Assembly: GCA_943354745.1 (NCBI GenBank)
Contig: CALRDB010000003.1
Coordinates: forward strand, 1 to 63,210
Origin: Candidatus Nomurabacteria bacterium
Lineage (GTDB): Bacteria; Patescibacteriota; Minisyncoccia; Phycocordibacterales; UBA10002
Length of the DNA: 63,210 bases
Direction: 5' to 3'
The translations under genes were made by a program, and so were the position numbers. Of this stretch, positions 56,451-63,210 are shown one piece after another. The notes under the pieces were generated by a model that made no database searches, was not told the origin of the DNA, and worked only from the letters and a program-made list of their open reading frames with translations. The number at the start of each line of letters is the position of its first letter. Positions within the stretch are counted from its first letter, which is position 1.

Positions 56451-57461
56451 CTATTTTTGTTCTTCCAAAAAAGCGAGAACTTTTTGATTCGTAAGGAGTG
56501 TCTCGATGTAGCTTTGGACATTTTCTGGCTTCGCATTTTTGTAGTGTTCGAGGAGGTGTTTCACCTCTTCTTCAACCTGTGCTTCTGAGGCGGTAAGTTT
56601 TTCAGCACGAGCTATTTGGAACATCACCAGCTGAAGCCTCGCTCGTCGTTCTGCATCGATACGCCACTCTTTTTTAAGTGTTGCGTCGTCTTTTTTGATC
56701 TCCTTTAAATACTCGTCAAAGGATCCTCCCATCTTTTCGATTTGGGCTCGAAGTTCACTTTCCATACGGACAAGCTCACTATCGATAAGTACATTCGGAA
56801 TTTCACCTTTTGCTTTTTCGGTGAGTGCATCGAGTAATTCTGCGCGACGTTTTTCCTTGTTTCGCTCTTCTCTGTGAGACAGGAGTCCTTCTTTTACCTT
56901 GGTTCTGAATTCAATAACCGTCTCAAATTTCCCGAAGGCCTTTACCGATTCATCGGTAACAGCGAACTCTTTGGCTCCTGAAGCCGTTTCGTGTTGCTTG
57001 GTGATTTCCTGCACAACAGAATCAATCTCTTTTTCTCCAATTACCACAATCTCTTGTTTTCTCTTGTTTTGCTCGGTTGCGATCTTCTTGTAGTCCGGCA
57101 GTGTTAGTTCAGGGTAGAGGGAGAGGGTAACCTTGAATTCAGCAGGCTGTTCAGGAGTAAGTTTCACTGCTTCGACGCGAGGACGGCCAATAACATCGAG
57201 CTTTTCGTCCTTGAATATTTGCGCAAGCACTTCGGAGAGTGCTTCGGTTGACGCATCTTCCCATAGCGCCGTTTCGCCCACATGCTCGCGTAGGATTTTT
57301 TCTGGAACGAACCCTTTCCTAAAACCAGGAAGGGTAGCGTCCTTCTTTAGGTGAGCGAGTGCGTGGTTTCGGTGCTTTCCAATTTCCTCGTGTGGTATCT
57401 CGATGTGGAGAAAGAATTCCGACCCAGGAAGTGATTTTTTTTCTTGTATCGTAAATAGCAT
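56451..57461 (-). CDS. tig: Trigger factor lacking the FKBP PPIase domain
   Basis: PGFRKGFVPE signature, 336 aa, C-terminal chaperone domain (AERRARLQL). Confidence 0.88.
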   Translation of the reverse strand: MLFTIQEKKSLPGSEFFLHIEIPHEEIGKHRNHALAHLKKDATLPGFRKGFVPEKILREHVGETALWEDASTEALSEVLAQIFKDEKLDVIGRPRVEAVKLTPEQPAEFKVTLSLYPELTLPDYKKIATEQNKRKQEIVVIGEKEIDSVVQEITKQHETASGAKEFAVTDESVKAFGKFETVIEFRTKVKEGLLSHREERNKEKRRAELLDALTEKAKGEIPNVLIDSELVRMESELRAQIEKMGGSFDEYLKEIKKDDATLKKEWRIDAERRARLQLVMFQIARAEKLTASEAQVEEEVKHLLEHYKNAKPENVQSYIETLLTNQKVLAFLEEQK

Positions 57462-57605
57462 AGTGCTCCACTGTACTTATTTTTTAAAAATTTGCAAATC
57501 TAGCTACCTCAAAGAATCCAACTATGCGACTGTGTAGTGGTGGTTGTGTAAGAGCTCGTTTGTTTGCGCGAGTCTTTATGACTAACAAAGCATGAGAGAT
57601 GTACG

Positions 57606-57932
57606 TTAGGGAGTCATCTCAAAACCTTCGGTGGTCGTCGGGTTTTCAACTTCAGCTACGTCTGTGAAGTTAATGGCCGTGTCGATCTTTGGAACGAGAA
57701 CCTCTTCCTCATCTTGTTCGGCAAGCTTCGCCCCCCAGAAGTAGAGTGCTCCAACTATGAGGACAAGGAGAATGATGATACTACCTAAGGTCGCACCCCA
57801 AGAGTCTTTTTGTGGAGCGGACAGAAGATTTTCCGACAAAACGGGTAACAATGGTGGTGGAGTAGCAACCGCGTTGGTGGTTGTTACTGGAGGTTGCACC
57901 GGAGTGATAGGTGGCATTTGGTTTGGTTCCAT
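57606..57932 (-). CDS. Hypothetical single-pass membrane protein
   Basis: Pro-rich N-terminus, WGATLGSIIILLVLIVGALYFWG TM. Confidence 0.7.
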   Translation of the reverse strand: MEPNQMPPITPVQPPVTTTNAVATPPPLLPVLSENLLSAPQKDSWGATLGSIIILLVLIVGALYFWGAKLAEQDEEEVLVPKIDTAINFTDVAEVENPTTTEGFEMTP

Positions 57933-58052
57933 ATCGTTTAATTAGGGGAATATGTCTGGAGTATACCACAAATGAAAAACACTATTCAAACGAATAGTGT
58001 TTTTCATTCTTTTGGCCCTTTCCCCACGACCGTACAAAGATACGGCTATTGT

Positions 58053-60047
58053 TTAGAGTAAAAAGGGAATGAGAAGTAACGCAACTATGTTTAAGATTTT
58101 AATCATTGGGTTAATCGCAGGTCCCGCCGTATCCTTGTACGGGTCGCCTACGGTGTCACCGGTGATAGCAGCCTTGTGAGCCTCCGAACCTTTTCCGCCG
58201 AAGTTTCCTTTTTCAATGTATTTTTTGGCGTTATCCCATGCTCCACCACCTGAGGTCATTGAGATGGCGAGGAAGAGACCTGTGACGATAGAGCCGACAA
58301 GCAGTCCTCCGAGAGCAACAGGACCGAAGAGAAAACCAACAACAATCGGAGCAAGTACCGGGATAAGTGCCGGTATGATCATCTCTCGAATGGCGGCCTT
58401 TGTGACAATATCAACACATTTTGCATATTCCGGTTTAGCGGTGCCTTGCATGATGCCCTTAATTTCACGGAACTGGCGACGAACCTCCTCAACTACCGCA
58501 CTCGCTGCTTTTCGGACCGATTCCATCGAAATGGCGGCAAAGTAATAAGGGAGAAGTCCTCCGATAAAGAGCCCGACGATAACCATCGGGTCTCGTAGAT
58601 CAAAGGTGAGTGTCTTGCCTAGCATCTCGAATTCTTGTGTGTACGAGGAGAAGAGTACGATAGCCGCAAGACCCGCGGAACCTATCGCGTAACCTTTAGT
58701 AACAGCTTTGGTGGTGTTGCCAACCGCATCGAGCGCGTCGGTAATCTCGCGAACCTCCTTTGATAAGTTGCTCATCTCAGCAATACCTCCCGCGTTGTCA
58801 GTGATGGGTCCGTAAGCGTCGATAGCGACAATGATACCTGCCATAGAGAGCATGCTCATCGCGGCAATCGCGATACCGTACAGTCCAGCGAAGTAGTGAC
58901 TTGCAAGGATTCCCGCGACAATCGTGAGAAGTGGAAGCGCGGTTGCTTTCATTGATATAGCAAGACCTTGGATGATGTTCGTGCCGTGTCCAGACTGTGA
59001 TGCTGCCGCGATGGACTTTACTGGGTAGTGACTCGTTCCGGTGTAGTACTCGGTAATCCAAACCAAGAGACCTGTCACGATAAGACCAACGAGTGTGGCA
59101 TGGAACAGTGCAACCGTTGAGAAGTGACCGTTACCCGCCATGATCTTTTCGGTGAGAGGGTAGAAGGCAATAGCAGAAAGTACACCCGAGGCGATAAGCC
59201 CTTTATAGAGTGCACCCATGATGTTTCCACTTTTACCCAGACGAACAAAGAAGGTGCCAATGATTGAAGCGATAATAGAAACAGCCCCGATGGCGAGAGG
59301 GTACAGAAGGGCCCCCTCAAAGTTCGGGAAGATAATCGTCGCAAGAAGCATCGCCGCAATTGCGGTTACTGCGTATGTTTCAAAAAGGTCCGCAGCCATA
59401 CCCGCGCAATCACCCACGTTGTCACCGACGTTATCGGCAATAACGGCTGGGTTTCGTGGGTCGTCTTCTGGGATACCGGCCTCTACTTTACCGACGAGGT
59501 CGGCACCGACATCGGCGGCCTTAGTGAAGATACCACCGCCGAGACGCGCGAAGACAGAGATAAGCGATGCACCAAAGGAGAGTCCGATAAGCGCCTTCAC
59601 ATCTCCTGTCATTGCGAAGAATCCGGCGACACCCAAAAGTGCGAGACCAACCACAAGAAGGCCGGTGATGGCACCACCCTGAAAGGCTAGCGCGAGGGCG
59701 GGCTTCATGCCGAGTGTAGCCGCTTGTGCGACGCGTGAGTTGGCGCGCACCGATACGTTCATACCAATGTATCCAGCGAATGAAGAGAATACCGCTCCCA
59801 CCAGAAAACCAAAAGCTGTTGTCAGGTTAAACGCGAAGTACAGTACCACCGCAAGCACGAGGGCAATAACGGCGATAGTTTTGTACTGGCGGTTGAGGTA
59901 GGCCTTCGCGCCCTCCCGAATCGCTGCTGAGATTTCTTTCATGCGGTCATTACCCGCGTTCATCTTAAGTAGACGGCTCGATGCGATCGCTCCATAGAGA
60001 AGGGCGAGTACAGCGGAACCAAGAGCGAACCAAATGACGGAATTCAT
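58053..60047 (-). CDS. hppA: Membrane-integral ion-translocating pyrophosphatase, K+-independent type
   Basis: [51 protein letters not shown]; GNTTKA carries Lys at the K+-dependence position. Confidence 0.95.
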   Translation of the reverse strand: MNSVIWFALGSAVLALLYGAIASSRLLKMNAGNDRMKEISAAIREGAKAYLNRQYKTIAVIALVLAVVLYFAFNLTTAFGFLVGAVFSSFAGYIGMNVSVRANSRVAQAATLGMKPALALAFQGGAITGLLVVGLALLGVAGFFAMTGDVKALIGLSFGASLISVFARLGGGIFTKAADVGADLVGKVEAGIPEDDPRNPAVIADNVGDNVGDCAGMAADLFETYAVTAIAAMLLATIIFPNFEGALLYPLAIGAVSIIASIIGTFFVRLGKSGNIMGALYKGLIASGVLSAIAFYPLTEKIMAGNGHFSTVALFHATLVGLIVTGLLVWITEYYTGTSHYPVKSIAAASQSGHGTNIIQGLAISMKATALPLLTIVAGILASHYFAGLYGIAIAAMSMLSMAGIIVAIDAYGPITDNAGGIAEMSNLSKEVREITDALDAVGNTTKAVTKGYAIGSAGLAAIVLFSSYTQEFEMLGKTLTFDLRDPMVIVGLFIGGLLPYYFAAISMESVRKAASAVVEEVRRQFREIKGIMQGTAKPEYAKCVDIVTKAAIREMIIPALIPVLAPIVVGFLFGPVALGGLLVGSIVTGLFLAISMTSGGGAWDNAKKYIEKGNFGGKGSEAHKAAITGDTVGDPYKDTAGPAINPMIKILNIVALLLIPFLL

Positions 60048-60160
60048 ACGATGAAGATTAATTTTTAATGCTCAATTTTTAATTTCCAAATAATGATTCA
60101 CTGTTTGAAACAGGAAGAAATTATTTAAAAATTATAAAACTAAAAATTGGAAATTCGCAA

Positions 60161-61441
60161 CTACTTAACTTCTTCGGCTGGTTTTTCTTCGGTAGTTGTC
60201 GGTTGCTTGCCCGACTGAACTTCGTTCTCATGAATTTGGGCGGGCGAGTTGCCTGCTCCGTTAGGCGTCTCGGCTTTTACGGGGTCAGTTGTAGGTTCTG
60301 CTACCGCGCCGGCGACTACGTCACCCTTTGTGGAGCGAATGTCTATTTTCCAACCTGTGAGTTTTGCTGCGAGGCGTACATTTTGTCCTCCTTTCCCGAT
60401 AGCGAGAGACTGTTCCGCTTCGGTGACTTCGACAATCGCCTTTTTCTCTGCCTCGTCTATTTTTACCGAAATGACTTCAGCAGGAGAGAGTGATGACTCG
60501 ACAAACTTCGCCGCATCAGGTGACCATTCGATGATGTCGATTTTCTCTCCACCGAGCTCCGACATAACCGTCGAAACACGGACACCGCGCTGACCGACGA
60601 GAGATCCAACGGGGTCGATGTGTGAGTCGTTTGAGGCGACCGCTATCTTGCTCCGTGAGCCGGGCTCGCGAGCAATCGCCTTTATTTCAACCGCACCGGA
60701 GGCTACTTCAGGAGCTTCCTGTTTGAACAATTCGTGGATAAGTTTCGGATGTGAGCGCGAGAGTTTGAGGAAAATACCTTTTGGGGTTTCTTCTACGCGG
60801 TAGAGATAGGCGCGGACACGTTCACCTTGGCGATAGCGTTCACCCGGGATCTGCTCTTCATAAGGAAGAAGGCCTGTTGCTCGTCCCATATCAATAAAGA
60901 GATTACCGCGTTCGATCCGCTGTACGGTTCCGCTTACGATTTCGCCTTGACGCGCACCGTACTCGGTCATGACACTTGTCTTTTCCGCCTCACGGATCTT
61001 CTGGATGATCACCTGTTTCGCGGTTTGCGCGGCAATGCGTCCGTAGTCGCCTTTGCTCTCGAGAGGGAAAACGATTTCGTCGTCGAGCTGAGCGTCCTTC
61101 TTTATTTTTCGCGCGTCATCAATCATGATGTGATGTTCGGAGTTGAAATAGATACGCTCGTCTTCTTGTGAGCGCTCAGTCTCTTCCACTTTCATCTTCT
61201 CCATCTCGTCTTCGGGAATAACGCGTGTGTTGTCCACGACAACCTTCACCTGAATGAACGTCGTTCCACCTGTCGAGATATCAAACTTGGCGCGTACGAT
61301 CTGGCCCTTCTTGCCGTACTCCTTCTTATACGCTGTCGCCAAGGCTGCTTCGATGGCTTCGAAGACTTTCTCTCGCGGTATACCGCGCTCTTCCTCGAGT
61401 TGGTCGAGGACCGAATTGATTATTTTGAGATCGAATAACAT
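60161..61441 (-). CDS. nusA: Transcription termination/antitermination factor NusA (start MLFDLK at 61441)
   Basis: RIAAQTAKQVIIQKIREAE, AREPGSRSKIAV, DPVGSLVGQRG, AIGKGGQNVRLAAKLTGWKIDI. Confidence 0.96.
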   Translation of the reverse strand: MLFDLKIINSVLDQLEEERGIPREKVFEAIEAALATAYKKEYGKKGQIVRAKFDISTGGTTFIQVKVVVDNTRVIPEDEMEKMKVEETERSQEDERIYFNSEHHIMIDDARKIKKDAQLDDEIVFPLESKGDYGRIAAQTAKQVIIQKIREAEKTSVMTEYGARQGEIVSGTVQRIERGNLFIDMGRATGLLPYEEQIPGERYRQGERVRAYLYRVEETPKGIFLKLSRSHPKLIHELFKQEAPEVASGAVEIKAIAREPGSRSKIAVASNDSHIDPVGSLVGQRGVRVSTVMSELGGEKIDIIEWSPDAAKFVESSLSPAEVISVKIDEAEKKAIVEVTEAEQSLAIGKGGQNVRLAAKLTGWKIDIRSTKGDVVAGAVAEPTTDPVKAETPNGAGNSPAQIHENEVQSGKQPTTTEEKPAEEVK

Positions 61442-61791
61442 GGTGAGTATGCGAATATCCGAATGAACGAATCTACGAATAGCTACGAATAAGAACAGAC
61501 TTCTTCTGATTCGCACTTATTCGTATATTCGGATGAATTCGCTAATTCGCATTTACTAATAAAAATGCCCGCCCCCTCGGGCGAACACTGAATACATAAA
61601 GAATAGCAGGCGAGAAGGCCTGATGTCAATATCACAACACAACACTCCGTCATGTATTTGTTCAAAAACCTTGCTTTAGGCCGTAGAACTGAATAAACGC
61701 CCATGTATAGGGCTGGTTTTCCCCAGATTATCCACCTTTTATGCACAGGAAGAAGAAAGTGTAGGACTTAAGTAAAAACTCATTCTCGAGT

Positions 61792-61920
61792 GTCATTCCC
61801 GCGGATGCGGGAATCCAGAGTATTGAACCAGAGCCGCATTTTGGACCCAGCATGGTCAGTCTACGACTATTTCACTACGACCACAGGATTACTTTGCTAC
61901 TACTACGTCGTGAGAATGAA
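61792..61920. repeat. GTCATTCCC-family element with nested AGTCTACGACTA insert
   Basis: gtcattcccgcggatgcgggaatccag...agtctacgacta...gagaatgaa. Confidence 0.7.
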
Positions 61921-62140
61921 TCGAGTATGTAAGTCCTAGAAAGAAGAAATCGGGTTTCTTTTTTCAGTGGAATGGCGAAAAAAAGGATGGAGTATGTAGA
62001 CTTTGCATCCCCGTTTTCACAGGGATGCTCAAAAAACATAGTCGCTTTGCTTGTTTTTTGTACTTATCAACACAATCTCCATTGTGGGTGAAGAGTAACT
62101 CTCGTATAATAGATGTAATTATTACCTAACTCTTTGCTTT

Positions 62141-62500
62141 ATGGAAAGTGAACCTAAAAAAGTCGTATATTCTGTCATAGCTCTCATCGTCATAGGTCTG
62201 CTCGGTTGGTGGCTTCTCTCTGCTGGACCGTCAGGTTCCGCCATTCCGAAAGGGGAGAGCGTCAAACCGGTCGCTAATCAGGCTCCTGTAGAGCTCGCAC
62301 CGGCACTACAACTCACCGCGAAAGAGAAGGCGGGGGATGTGGGAGAGAAGCGAGCGCAGATACTCACACTCGTGAATTCGAAAACACCGCTTACTCCTGA
62401 AGAAAAGGCTGATATTGGCGGTATTATGCTCACGAAGGCCAACGTATACAAATTCACCGAGGTGGAGCGACAGGCAATTTTCGCAGCGCTCAGTCGGTAG
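62141..62500 (+). CDS. Hypothetical membrane-anchored protein
   Basis: 119-aa ORF with N-terminal TM; upstream TATAAT at 62106. Confidence 0.7.
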   Translation: MESEPKKVVYSVIALIVIGLLGWWLLSAGPSGSAIPKGESVKPVANQAPVELAPALQLTAKEKAGDVGEKRAQILTLVNSKTPLTPEEKADIGGIMLTKANVYKFTEVERQAIFAALSR

Positions 62501-62605
62501 TTACAATAGGTAGAAAGTAGAAACAGAAACCCCGATTCCCTGCGTTTATGTGGGAGAAGTAGAAACCTTTGGGGATTAGCGATGGAGTAGCTCTTGATAC
62601 TAAAG

Positions 62606-63210
62606 ATGATGTTATCTTCTCTCAGAAAGACTTTCGTTGCTTTCCTGGCGTTTGTCGGAATGGCGTCTTTTCTCTTGGTTGGGGTGGCTACTGCTTACGC
62701 GGTAAGTGCTCCTACTAGTGTTACTCCTTCGGGAGTCAAAAATGAAGGTGATGCGTATTCCGTCACGGTTGCAGTAACAAATGATCGCACTGAGTCTATT
62801 ACTGTCCAAAGCGACTGGTATTACTCTGTGAACTGTTCTGACTGTTGGACTTACTGGGGGAGTGAAAACTATTCCGTTGGTAGAGATGCCACGGTAACGA
62901 AGAGTAAAGGAAGCAATGCGGGCGTTCCGGGCACCGTCATGAAGTTTGCCGTCAATACGTACTGGGCCGAGGCGGCAGGGGCAACTACCCTACTTCAATC
63001 TTCTGCAGGGTTTACGGTACCTCTGGTCAAGTTCACCGTCACCAGTACAGGGGGCGGATCGGGCGGTTCAATTTCTCCCGCAACGCAGTCTGTTACTGGT
63101 GGAAACACAACTACTTTTACGTTGGCCCCGGGCACAGGTTTCATCGGGAGCGCGACTGGTTGCGGGGGAAGCTTGTCTGGTAACACGTACACCACCGGAG
63201 CCATCACCGC
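62606..63210 (+). CDS. Partial exported surface protein with a divergent InlB B-repeat-like module (runs off the window)
   Basis: Manual translation MMLSSLRKTFVAFLAFVG...AYA/VSAP...GGSISPATQSVTGGNTTTFTLAPGTGFIGSATGCGGSLSGNTYTTGAIT; no stop before the window end. Confidence 0.75.
   Translation, partial: MMLSSLRKTFVAFLAFVGMASFLLVGVATAYAVSAPTSVTPSGVKNEGDAYSVTVAVTNDRTESITVQSDWYYSVNCSDCWTYWGSENYSVGRDATVTKSKGSNAGVPGTVMKFAVNTYWAEAAGATTLLQSSAGFTVPLVKFTVTSTGGGSGGSISPATQSVTGGNTTTFTLAPGTGFIGSATGCGGSLSGNTYTTGAIT

Noticed and set aside
56451-57461. Short trigger factor as a pseudogene or novelty
   Set aside because: The frame is intact with N- and C-terminal domains. Loss of the PPIase domain is, as far as I recall, common in reduced genomes.
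914-63207. Numerous 60-210 aa ORFs antisense to or overlapping well-supported genes (e.g. 11194..11820, 14697..15269, 15133..15672, 20591..21160, 33941..34495, 52979..53653, 62995..63207)
   Set aside because: They overlap confidently identified genes, have Ser/Arg/Phe-biased composition and show no domain signal.

Overview
Chromosomal segment of a small-genome bacterium, most consistent with Patescibacteria/CPR (Parcubacteria-like). This is an inference from the short trigger factor, the Fe-S-less glycosylases, many near-leaderless genes, TrmB expansion and typical palindromic repeats; TGA is used as a stop. The backbone is housekeeping: rsmA, pcrA, comM, pnp, rpsO, CCA-adding enzyme, 4 tRNAs, yraN, murF, ddl, mutY, hup, rny, clpP, rsmE, tig, hppA and nusA. 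Five accessory cassettes each consist of a TrmB-family regulator transcribed divergently from a cargo gene or operon. The most striking cargo is a RohP/MppP-like PLP-dependent arginine oxidase plus a DHDPS-family (RohR-like) aldolase next to tRNA-Gly(TCC). Other notable items: a cluster of five parS-like palindromes (22.2-23.1 kb); small elements behind tRNAs that duplicate and invert the tRNA 3' end; several long structured 5' leaders; a duplicated TrmB-nth module; and at least three palindromic repeat families, some inserted in frame into rsmA and mutY. No CRISPR array, rRNA, integrase or transposase was seen. All family calls are motif recognition by eye; no database searches or folding programs were run.
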